64,000 nucleotides of DNA from Monocercomonoides exilis PA203 (Eukaryota > Protista > Preaxostyla): the NCBI GenBank assembly GCA_001643675.2, contig LSRY02000052.1, positions 569,479 to 633,478 on the forward strand, given 5' to 3'. Shown piece after piece: positions 23,722 through 36,200 of this stretch. A model generated the notes under the pieces. It made no database searches. It was not told the DNA's origin and saw only the letters and a program-made list of their open reading frames with translations. Position 1 is the stretch's first letter, and each line of letters opens with the position of its first letter. The position numbers and the translations under genes are program-made.

Positions 23722-26611
23722 ATGATTACAGGAATTGTTGCAAAGTTTATACAGGTATTCTTCAAACATTTATTTATATTTGATATAAAATAATGTATTT
23801 TTTTTATGAAAACACGAAGCCATACCTTCTCAATTTCGATTCGAAAACACTTAACATCAGCCTTTCAGGCGAGGCAGTAATCCAAAAAGCTGGTTTGAAT
23901 TTATGCTAGAATGCATTTATCTCATTTATTGATTTGGGTATTGCATTAATTGAACTGTCTGCAAAATTTTATTTTGATAAGAGTTGAATGTCGAATTTTT
24001 GACAGCACAACTTAATTTGCCTTTTTTGATTGAAAGAGCAACTTGTAATCATATATATGCTACAATCCCGTTAAGTTCCGCAGATACTAATCCATTGCTT
24101 GTAACTATCGACAAACTCGAAGTGTATATGGCACTTGAAACGCCTCCTCCAACAAGGCCACTCAAACTAATTCTCACTCCCGAGGCTTATGAAACCGTAA
24201 TGAAGCAACAGCAAAAGAAAGAAGAGAAAAAAAAAGGAGAAGAGAAGAAAAAATTAAAGGAAGAAAAAGAAGAACGAAAAAGATTACTGAAAGAAAAGGA
24301 AAAAGAGAAAAAAGAAAAAGACATAACACTTTCTACAAAAGAAATCGAAAGCGAAATTAAAAAGCAACATAAAAAGGAACAAGAAAAACAAAAAGCAGAC
24401 ACAAACGAATTTGGATTACCAGATTTTATAATGAAACGAATACGACATGCAAGCGTAAGGATTCACGAGATTATCATAAATGTCCGAGGGCCCGGAGAAG
24501 CACCGGAAACACCGGAAACACCTTCGAACGATCGCTTTCAACATATTCCAACACAGCCTCCCTCTTCTTCATCGCAAAAGTCGTCCTCTTCGCCTCGGAC
24601 TCCTCAGCCTCCTCCACCGTCGAACATGTCGCTCAGACAAAGAAAGGTGTTTCGAGCACCCTGTTTGATATTCCACATACACAACTTCCTTTTGCACACA
24701 GCCGACGAAGACGGGAAGCTGCTGAAGCCATCAGAGTGGACGCGTAAGGAGAAAGGAAAGAAGGAGAAGAACCTCAACAAGGAGCTTCTCATCGAACGTG
24801 TTGGAGTCTCTCTTGTGTCGCTGGTCGGGTCACTCCGAACAGAGCCTCGTGTCATTCCCTCCGCCAGCGACGGGAAGAAGAAAGGATCCACTGCGCAGCT
24901 GCAGCTTCTGCCGTGGCTGCACGGGCTGCCCGCCTACCGCCATGCGCACATTCCGATCCCGGTCGTTCCCGACTTCCCCTTCCGCGCTCGTATCAGCGCC
25001 GGAATTGCGCGGCAGACGCACGCGATTGTGGCGGTGGGGCTGATGATTACGCTGGATGTGCTGAGTCTGCCTATTACAATCTACACCGCACGCACCTTTG
25101 CGCAGTGGGTGGACAGCGTTGTGCAGTTCATAAAGACAAGCAAAGAGGAGCGGAGCAAAGAAAACACGCTGACTGCAGAGACAGAAGAGAAGACGAAGAA
25201 AGAGGCGAAAGAGAAGGAGGCGAAAGAGAAAGAACGAAAAGAGGCAGAAAAAGGAGAAAATCTTCTTGAGACAGAAGGACGGCTGACTGTCACGTCGCTT
25301 TTGAAGCAAATTCCCTTCCGCCGTATTTCGTTCTCCTTCTTCCTCCACAAATTCTCTCTTACGCTCAGCTGGCCGAAGCAGAGGAGAGCTGCCTATGCAA
25401 TGCACTCACAGATGCAATCACACACTTTTCAGCTGCTCCAGTCAAATGCAACATCCACAAAACAGCTTCCTCCTCCGAATGCTTCTGCCAATCCTTCTCA
25501 GTCAACTTCTTCCTCATCTTCCACTAATGCCACCAACAACACAGCAAATCCTTCTTCATCTTCTGCTCCATCCAAAGCAGAGCCAGGGTCTCCTCATTCA
25601 GCACTCGAAGACGTCTCTCCCATCAGCCCGTCTGCGCAGACGAAGATTATTTCGCTTGTGGCTGAGCACATTCTGCTGGGCGTGACACTCACAAACATTT
25701 CTCCTTCAAAGCCAGAAGCTTTTCTTTCGACTGTTCTGACCAAAAAGGAGAGGCAGCTGGGGACATCCTCGCTCAATCCGAATGCTCTCTCTAATTCCCT
25801 CTTCTCTTCCATTCCTCATTCGCTGAGCGCTTCACACCCGAATCCTTATCCTTCCATGACTTTATTTCGCTCCTCGGCATTCGACCAGAAATCTCTTATT
25901 GCACTATACTCTGCAGCTGCTGGTTATATTTCTCCTTCTTCCTCCTCTTCCTCCTCTTCTTCTTATGCTCATCCGGCTGTTCTTATTCCACCTCCTTCAT
26001 CATCCACAATCATCACAACTTCATCTGATAATTTTACTGCTCAGACTGTCAACACAACTTCTGCATCTTCTTCATCCACTTCGGCCTTATCAAATCCATC
26101 ATCATCATCAGCATCATCATCCCCTTCATCAAACTCTTCTTCTTTGAAAGAGTTGTCTTCTCTTTCGTTTTCTCAGGTGGGTCTGATGGCTGTTGGAATA
26201 GCAGCAGTCATCGGCAGAGTCACCACGTCACACAATCCAATCTACGCAAAGAAACACGAACCTCCTTCGCCACATTCAACAACCACTGGAAATGATTCAA
26301 ATACTCCATCATCATCATCATCATCATCCTCTTCTTCTTCTTCTTCTTCTTCTTCTTCTTCTTCTTCTTCTTCTTCTTCTTCTTCTTCTTCTTCTTCTTC
26401 TTCTTCTTCTTCTTCTTCTTCTTCTTCTTCTTCTTCTTCTTCTTCTTCTTCTTCTTCTTCTTCTTCTTCTTCTTCTTCTACTTCATCTGCAATCAAACCG
26501 CTTTTTCCATCTCCTTCTGCACATCCTCTGTTTATGTACATTCCTTCTCTCTCCCGTTCTGCTGCTCCTTCCATTTCTCATCCGTTTTCTCCTTCTTTGC
26601 ACAAACCATCT

Positions 26612-26644
<33 letters not shown>

Positions 26645-29600
26645 ATTCATCACTATCCAAATATTCAGCGCCAAGGAAGAGGAAGAGGAAGAGGAAATCG
26701 CTCGATGGATTCGAAGTTTATGCCCATTGCCGACAACGGCCTCCTTTTCGAGTGGCCGACCTCTCTTTTCTCTCAAACCGTGTCGTACAGCCAGCTTCTC
26801 GTCCAAAACGACTCAGCTGGCTGCATCGGAGGTGCCATCACAGAAATCTCTTCGGCCGACCCGCCGTTCTTCTCGTCCACAAAACGATTCGACAATCCGA
26901 AGGCGTTCATCACACTGGAAGAGTCCAACGCAAATGGCGCATCGTATCTGCCTGCCATCCATCCGCCGCTGCCTCCGCCTTCAAACTTCCACAAGCCAAA
27001 AGTCAAACAGATCTCTCTCAGTGCTTTTTTGCCTTCTGTCTCTTCCTCTTCCCCTTCTTCATCAACACCTTCATCATCTTCTTCATTGTCTTCTATTTCT
27101 TCATTGTCTTATTCTTCTTCTGCTGCTCAGCTTCAGCCCCGTTCTCGTGCCCAATCTGTTGCCGTGTCATCCCTCCACACTCGCTCTTCTACTGGTTCTG
27201 CTCCAACATCGATACCACCTTCAACAAGTTCTCAATCTTCCTCTTCGCCTTTCTCTGCTGCAACTTCTTCTTCTTCTTCCTCCTCCTCCTCTTCCTCTTC
27301 CTCTTCCTCTCATCCATCCCACAAGTCATCTGGTCTGCAGCGTTCGTCTTCTGTCTCGTTGAACTCTTCAAATGAAAGCAGCCAACAAACATTCAATCCA
27401 TTCGCATCTGTCCAAACAACTGCCTCAACTTCACAAAACCGCCCAACTCCTCCTCCGCCTCAATCTCCTTCTTCCGCAGCATCAGCACAGCCTCCTCTGC
27501 TGACACAGACACTGAAGCCTTCAAATTCTGCCTCTCCTTCTCCTTCTCCCTCTCCCCTTTCCTCGTTGCCTTCTTCTTCTTCCTCCTCTCCTTCTTCTTC
27601 CCCTTTCTCTTCTCCTGTTGCCTCGTCTGTCTCTCAGCCTTCTGCTGCTGCCACTCGCACTCGCAGCGGAAGTGTTGCTCCAATTGCTCCTCCTTCTCTC
27701 CCAGCTGCCCTTTCGTTCCCTGTTGTCACCACTTCCTCATCCACCACCCAATCTGCTCATCTCTCTGCCTCTTCTTCCTCTCCTGCTCTAACACAGACAC
27801 AGACACCAGATGCCTTTGCCTCTGCCTCTGCCTCGCGCTCTCATCCTCCTCTGCCTTCCAACGTGATTGATCCATACATTTCCCATCACATCGTCGATCC
27901 TTCCCTGCGCGATGACACAGAAGATCCTTATTTGTACTACTTCTCTGAGACTCCTGCGCTGCTGATGCGTTTTGAGGTGTTCCGCCTCTCTTTGAGCCCC
28001 GACGACAAAGAAGTGACCTCAATTCTTGTTAGACGGAAAGTGGAGCAGGAGAACAAGCCAAACAGCATATTCAATCGCCATTCAGACAGAGAAGAAGACG
28101 CAGCGAAGATTAAGCCACCCGAAAAGGCATCAATCTCAACACACCTGCGCCTCTCAATAGCACCAATGCATTCTGTGTTTGGGGCACCAGTGGTGAGTGA
28201 CATCATCACATATGCAACAGAAATGCTGCGGATGAGCCGAAGAGTCGAGAAGGAGATTGCACCGTCTGCCACACCAGGCATCTCTGCCCAGCTGCCAGCC
28301 ACAAACATTTCTCCTCCTCCGACTGCTGCTGTGTTCTCGTCTGCTTCTTCTTCCTTCACAGCAGAAAGAGAACAGCCAGATGGACAGCAGAGAAGAGCAT
28401 CACAAGCAGATGAGCAGGTGCTGGCGACCGTGAGAAGTCCATCTCCTCTTTCATCACCTGCTCTGTCTGATGGCACTACACACACGCAAAACACACAAAA
28501 CACACAGAATGCACAAAATGCACAGAGAAAGCAGAATGAGGGAGCTAAGCCAGCATTCATGTCGAAGTTAGTGAATGAGATTATGGAAGAGTTCTTTTCT
28601 GATACGAAAGACAGCGAAAACAATCCAAACATCGTTCAGGTAGGGCAGCACGAAACAACTGCATCAAAAGGCGAGTCAATCAATCCATTTCAGCTGGCAT
28701 CCACAGCCTCCTCTCTTGCTCAGTCCAATTCGCTCACAACTGTCCCTCGCTCCACACACAACATATCAATTGTTCTGTCTGATTGTATTCTCTTCCTGCC
28801 AATCGTTGTGGCTAATTCGATTTCTTCCTCTTTTGCCCTCCTTCCTTCCTCATCGCCTGTGATGAATGCTTCTTCATCGCCTTCTCTTTTCATGCTCCGC
28901 TTGGGTCCTCTGAGTCTGCAGTGTCTTCGCGACAGCTCTGCCTCTTCACAACAACAAGCAGACAATCAGATCAGAAAGAAGACACAAATCACTTCTTCTT
29001 CTTCATCCAGTGGCAAGTTCTCTCTTCTTCTGACTGGGGCACTTCAGAATCTGTCTCTGGCGTATCTTCAGCCAGGTACTGATCTTTGGTCCTTTGTGTT
29101 GCATCCTGTCTCGTCGGGTGTGGTTTGCACGCTCTCCTCCTTCAAAGACATCGCCCGGCGGATGCAGCAGATTGCCACACCGCCTAATTTGGCAGAAGGG
29201 AATGGGCAGAGCAGAGAAAGAGGAGCACCCGAGGCACTGGTGGCAGTCAACTTCGAGATGAACTTCTCTCCGCTGGCTGTGTCGCTGAGGAGGCATCTGC
29301 TGTTTCTCTTTCAGATGTTCATTGCTGACTACACAGCAGTGTTTAGAGCGAAGATTGAGAAGCTGACGCTCATCACAGAGTGGGTGAGGAGAGACGAGAT
29401 TGAGGCTCGTTTACAGCAGCAACAGCAGATGCTGCAGAAGAGCGACAAGATCGCAGGTGATGTTCAGAATGAGACAGACTCTTCTGTTGCTGTCAGTTCT
29501 GCCACTCCTCCTCCTTCAACAGCCACACCAGGTGCACCTTCATTGGACATTCCTTCTGCTTCAACCACAAATACCCTCAAAGGCGACAGTTCTGCTGTGA

Positions 29601-32600
29601 TTGTGGCGCCTTCTGCTGTCCGTTCGAGTGCACTTGTTGAATCCAGCACAGCCACACATACTTCTTCTGATGCTTCTGAAGCAGAGTCTCGCAGCGCCGA
29701 GCAGTCGAGTCTGTTTTCTGTGTTTCTGTCAGTCAACTTCAAATCGATCAAGGCGAACATTTCAGCCCAACAGAGCTGGCTCCATCGCATCGCTGATGCT
29801 GTGCGGGTGCGGCCAGGTTTCCATCTTCCTCCTCCGTTTGGTACATCGAGTGAGCTGATGGCGCTGAGTGAGACGATTCTGGCACTTGCATACGAAAAAC
29901 CGCTGACGATGCTGTCGGAAGAAGAGAAGCAGACGGAGACACTCGCAAAGGGCTTGACTTTGGCAACATCAAAAGAGGAGACGTTTCTCTGTGTAGTCAT
30001 CTCGTCTGTTGCCCTCACAACACACATTGTCCCCCCAACACAGACGATGAAGACGAGACAGTTTTCGTATCTGCAACTGAATGGAGAGGTTGGAAAGATG
30101 GCGATGTTCCGCCCGTTTCAGAACTCAGCCACAATGGGCGATGGCATCTTGTATTTGAAGACATTTGACGGGAACGACATCGAAAAGGCAGGAATGAACC
30201 AACCTCAGAACTTGCATTTGAACTCTTCTATATCTTCTGCATTTCCGTCTGAAACAAATGATTCAACGATATTCCCCACTTCTCCAAAAGACAATGCACA
30301 ACCTTCTCAATCTCGCAACTCATCATCATCTTCTTCGTCTTCTTCTTCACATCCATTTGTGATAGATGGAGTCGAACGTGCCAGCGCAACAAAGCTGAAG
30401 CTGTCGATTGCTGCATTTCCTCCGCCGAACTACAAAAAGCCGCCGAAGTTTGATGTGGACGAGGCGTTTGTGAGGTGGAAGGCGACAGAAGCTGAGCGGG
30501 CAAAGGAGAAGAGGCGGAGAGAGCTCATTCGGGTGCAGGAGATATTCGACTCACAGCAGCGCTGGCAGCTCGGCCAGGCGACACAAGAATGGGAGGAGTT
30601 TCTGTGGAAGGACGAGGAGATCGAAGCGAATCCCTTCGACATACACAAACGCCGCCCGTTTGGGATGTTTGCAGAGAGACAGGCGAACATCGTGCCTTCT
30701 CCTTCGTCTTCTGCGTTCACACAGCTCTCTCCGAAGCCCTCGCGCACCCAGATGGAATCATCACCCTCAGAAAGTGCTGAAAGAGGCACACTTTCAAAAG
30801 AAAGAACAAGAAGTTCTCTTTCTTCGCTGCCAACACCGCCACTCCCGCTGAACTCGACTGCTGTTCAGAATGGAGAAGACCCACTCAGCCAGCCGCCAAT
30901 CATTCGCCCTCTTCTGCTAAGTTCAAATGGGTCACTGGATCCTTCAACTGAATCTGCTTCTGCTTGCACAAATTCTTCGGCTTCTGCTTCTTCATCATCT
31001 TCTACATTATTGTCTTCCATTTCGCGATCCAATAATTCATCATCATCATCGTCTTCTTCTTCTACTACTACTACTACTTCTACTGCTGTTAATTCTTCCT
31101 CCTCTCTTGCTACACATGAATCATCACCTCCAGTTGATCCACCGTGCACTGTGATTGACATGGCATTCCCAACTCTTTTCCTCTCGACTGACTTTGTACC
31201 GATGGTGCAACTTCTCCTCCTCTTTCTCCCCATGCAGATGGCTGAAGGGCCAGGAAATGCTATGAAGCTGAAGATCAAAGTGGACGAAGCCTCCGTCCAT
31301 CTGCCATCCGACGATGTTGTCAGCAAAGAAGGCCACCTCAGCGACGGTTTGTTTCTGTCACTGATGAAGGCAGATGTCGGCGTCGCTATCGAATGCACAG
31401 GCGATTTGAGAGTGAATGGCAAGGCGACGATAAGCTCAGATGAGCTGCTGTTTCCATCGCCGACTGTCAGCTCGCTGCTTTCGAATGTGCAAACGCCGAC
31501 TCCTCCGTTTGACATAACTGCGCACAACAGAATTCCCTCTGATTCTGAGTCTGCTGCAATCAGGGCACAAATTACAGGGCAGACTTTTCTTCCGCCAAAT
31601 GTGGATGCGACGCGTCTTCCTCTTCCCATTCGGCTGCTTCTTTCTTCGCTTTCCACAAAGGAAGTGAAATATCTCCCAAAACTGACTCAAATCATTGTTC
31701 CGTTTGACTTCGACTTTGACATGATTATTCCTCCTTCTTTTTCTCTTGCTCGGCCTGAAGCACCACTCGGAACAGTCTTCCCATTCAAGCTCCTCAAAGC
31801 AAAGTTTGACAAAGCTCGCAACAAGCCAGATGAGCCAAGTGGAGAAATTGAAGGAGGAGAAGACAGAGAAGACAGAGAAGAAGAAGAAAGGGAAAGAGAA
31901 GGAGGAGAAAACAACGCATCCTCAACATCGTCCCCAGTTAAGAAAATAGCAGCACCCACTCCGCAGAAGGAAGAAGTGGCTGATTTGAACAGCTGGCCCG
32001 TTGCCTTCACTGCCCACAGCATTCGAGCACTTGGCAACTTCATCGCGAGAGTCGTGCGCTTTTCGTCGTCGATCTCGCTGGTGATGCAGGAGTGCTATCC
32101 GAAGACACGCCAGTTCACAAAGCGGATTCTTGCCTCATCCAAATTCCGGCGCATCTTCCAGATCCCGTGGGAACCCCTCTTCCAAAGAGAAGAAGAAGAA
32201 GATGATGAAGAAAGAGAAAGAGCTGAAGGAGAAGGGGAGATGTGTTTGAGAAAGGGCACAGCAGTAGGAATTGAAAATGTAACTGAAAGAGAAGAGAAGC
32301 AGAAGTGTGAAGGCAGCAGCCCATTTGCCACAACTCCTCCATCTGCCCTCCAAACAGAGACTGATCCGTTTGCCACTCCGCGGCGTGTGCAGCGGACGGC
32401 GACTGAAACGAGACGCGATTCGGAGGCGCTTCGGTGGGTGAAGCCAGATAGGCCGAAGATGAATGCGGGGAATGCCTCGCAGCACTCGGCGGAGGAAGAG
32501 GAGGAGGAGGACGAGATAATCAGAGAGATGAGGGAAAAGAAGAGAGCGAAGGAGACAGAAGCGCAGAGGAGAAAGAGAGAAAGAGAGAGAAAAGCGAAGC

Positions 32601-32947
32601 AGCTTGGCGATGCACAGAGCTCGTTGAATGAGATTGTGATGACGAGAGAAGAAGTGGCTAAGCTGAAGGGAACACGAAAGGACCTGATGAGGATATCGAA
32701 GGAGGAGCTGCTGCAGCTGCAGGAGCAGTTGGAGCGGCAGAGAGAAGAACACCGAAGCATCCTGCAACAAATACAGCGCGGAATACTCGAAAGAGACTTG
32801 CTGCTTCTCGATATCTTCAAAAAGCAGCAGAAAGTGTCGCAGCCTCCGCCTGTTTATCTTCCGGCTAAAACAGGCTCGGACCCAGAACATGTGAATGCAT
32901 TGCGGCAGCAGGAGCAACTACTTGCAGGAAGGCAAATTCGAAAGTAG
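23722..32947 (+). CDS. ~3000-aa Chorein_N bridge-like lipid transfer protein (BLTP3/UHRF1BP1-VPS13-ATG2 superfamily)
   Basis: Two short 5' exons give MITGIVAKFIQ/PYLLNFDSKTLNISLSGEAVIQKA/ELNVEFLTAQLNLPFLIERATCNHIYATIPL...NPLLVTIDKLEVYM, a Chorein_N pattern. Beta-rich blocks are separated by Ser-rich inserts, with a C-terminal coiled coil. Confidence 0.72.
26309..26479 (+). repeat. Coding (TCA)n-(TCT)n microsatellite, ~57 consecutive Ser
   Basis: About 50 perfect TCT units, in frame in the 2987-aa ORF. Confidence 0.95.
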
Positions 32948-33253
32948 TGAAGCTCATATTGAAATAACTTCAATTTATTTATTTTGCAAATAGTTTATTT
33001 ACGTTTCTTTTAACTTTGTTTTGTAATTTGGTTATGAACATTATTTAGAGGGTTTTGATTTTTCTTTTCTTTTCTTTTTGCTTTTCTGTTTCTGTTTTTG
33101 TAATATGAACATTTGAATTTGTTGATTTTATACATTATTTTAGGCGTGATATTTTGAATTACAATGATCAAAATTCCCAAACAACTTATTTTTTAAATTA
33201 AAAGTTTAATTTTGAATAATAAAACTTTTTAATTGACCTTGCCAAATTTTTCC

Positions 33254-36200
33254 ATGTCCTCAAATGCTCGTCTAACTCATTCTACACCAGTTGGACCAAA
33301 TTCTTCATTTAACATATCACCTCCAAAGGATCCTGCTTCTCTTGATGCTGATTATCATAATGAGCCAACCTTTTCGCCTCAAGTCCTAAATGGTCTTCAT
33401 CGTTCCCAAAATCAAACTCCAACTTCTCGCGCATCATTTCCTGGAGGGATGACTACACCTGCAACTCCATCTTCGTTTTGGGGAGGCTCTTTGGAAGATT
33501 TTGAAGTTTCTCGAGTTTCTTTGTCTTCTGTGAAAACTCCAGAAACATCAAATGCAAGAGTTATAACAATGTCACCTGTTTCAACATATTCGACGAATTA
33601 TCCTTTTGATGGTTCATCTCTTACAACCGGAATTCAAAAAGACATAACTCACCCCTCAAAGCAACCTCTTCCACCGACAAGCATACTTCCACCGAAACTA
33701 CCTCCAATTGACTTTGAAAGGGATGAAATATATTTTCCAAAAGAAGAACTTTCACATTTCCCTTCTCCATTAAAGGAAGCAGACGATCATAATTACGATA
33801 TCCTTGGAGAAAGTCCAGCAAATACAATCTATTCTAGTCCATCTCAAACAAAGAATAAATCAAACGAACATTCAAAAATATTGCAACCTTCGCGAGATGT
33901 TTCTTCTCCTGAAAAGTCTGTTCGAGACAAAGATGACAAAATCAATGATAATTCTCACGAACCAAAATCAACTTCTTTTTCTGATGCGCATGTTAAACCT
34001 TCAGATACAAATGGGTTTGAAATGGCATACATTGGTGAAAGGAAAAACGAAGGGCAAAATGTTTTGCATCAAAAAAACCCGGAAATGTTAATGAGTCATG
34101 AAGATATAGCCTCTATTAAGAGCAAAGCAAGTTATTCAAATTCAGAAAAGGATGTAAGTGCATTTGAAGATGGAGGGAAAATTAGAAAGAAAGCGAAAAA
34201 ACACTCGAAGAAGAACGAGAATGAAAAATCGTTGGGGCTCAAAAATGAACGAAAACATTGTGAAAATAAAAAACCAGTTGAAGGAAAAGAGGAAGAAGAA
34301 AATTCCGATGAGAATATTTCCGAATTAAAAAATAATCATCTCAACAAGGTAAAAATTGGAGCTAAAATAAAACACAGGAAAAATATTTCCCAATACAAGG
34401 ATAAATCTGAAGAAGACGAGGCTGAACCAGAAGAAGAAGAGAAAGATGAAGAAGAGAAAACGGAAAAAGAAGATAATAATGAAGGGGATGAAGATTATAC
34501 TGATGATTATATTGATGATGATGACGACGACGATGAAAAAGAAGACGATGCCAATGAGGAAGAAGAAGAAGAAGAAGAAGAAGATGAGGATAATGATGAT
34601 GAAGAGGATGAAGATGATGAAATGGAAGAAGAGGAAACAAACAAAAGCGAATATGGCAGTCAGCACGATTCAAGTGAAAACAAAGAAGACGAAGCAGATG
34701 AAACAGAAGAAGAAGAAGATGATGATGACCAGTCTGCAACTGAAGAGACCAATGGAAAAAGTGAAGTGGAAGACTCCAAAGATGAAACGGATGAAGAAAG
34801 CGATGCTGATACGTTCACTAACGATGACAACGATGATAATGAAAATAGAGAATATGAAAGCTCTGATGAGAAAGCTGAATCAATCAAATCGAAAAATGCA
34901 AAAAGAAAGAGGAAAAACAATCGTGAAAATGAGAGCTTTTTAGAAAAAAGTGTGAGGCTGCGACGAAATGGAAAAAAAAAGGAAGCAGTGATGGAACTGT
35001 TCCTCGCAGAAGTTGACGAGCTAAGAGAGACGCTAAGACGCAAAGAAGAAGCTTTGGACAAAAGAGAAAAAATGTTGAAAACACAAGAAATAAAGCAAAA
35101 AAATGCAAAAGAGAAAGCAGAACGAAGAGAAAAAGACAACGAGCCCAACATTCTTAAAAGCAAATTGGAAGATGAAAACGAACCTGAAAAAGAAGAGAAA
35201 AGAAAAACCACAAAGGCAGAAAATGAGCTTGATGAAATAACACAACAAGTGATTGAAGATACGATTAAGAGTGCAGAAGCAGAGTGGAGAGAAGAAAGAC
35301 AGCTATTGAATGACTCATTTGAAGAAGAGCTAAGAAAAAAGAACGAAGAACTGCAGAAAGTGAAAAGTCAGCTGAAAAAAGAGAAGGCCAATGGAGAAAG
35401 GATGAAGCAATGGGTAGACACTCTCAAAAAGGAGAAGAAGGCAGCTGTCCAGGAAAAGGAAGAATTGAACGAAAAACTGCAGGCTATGCAGAAGCGTTCT
35501 GGAGTGTTAGAAAGAACAGTGAATGTGATGAAGAAGGAAAAGAAAGAAAAAGAAGAGGAGGTAAAGAAGAACGAGGAAGAAAGAATTCGAGAAAAAGAAA
35601 GTATAAGAAGAGAAATGGAGAGAATGAAAGCAACTCTTCGAGATAAAACAAAAGAAGACAATTTGTTGCGACAAGAACAGCAGCAAGACATCGAAGCAAA
35701 GGCAAAGGAGATCAAAGAGCTTCGTAAAAGAATGCAAGAGCAGACAGAACAAATTGCGAATCTGCAACAAAAGCTTTCGACGACGCAACATCAAAAAGAT
35801 GAGCTGTTGAGATTTTTGATGAAAAAAGAGGAGCAGGAAAAGAAGGAGAAGCAAGAAGCTATCATGAGAATAGCCACCGAAGAAAATGAGCAACGAAACG
35901 AACAAAAGAAGGTTCTCGAAAGAAATGAAATGGAAAAAGATGGATCAGACTCATCGTCGTCTGCAGCGGTTCCACAATCTGAGGTTGAAAAATCTACACA
36001 ATGCACTCAAACAGACTTTCCAGAGAATGTCCAGCCAGAAAAGAAAAGAAAAGTGACCTTCCAACAAAATTCCTCACAGCCCCAGTTTGAAAGCAATGCA
36101 ATTGAAGCATCAACTGCAGGTACTACTTCCGATGCGGAGTTATCTGTTCCCTGTTCTCCTCCTTTCTCGTCTTTTGCATCTTCTCCAACATGTAAACAGC

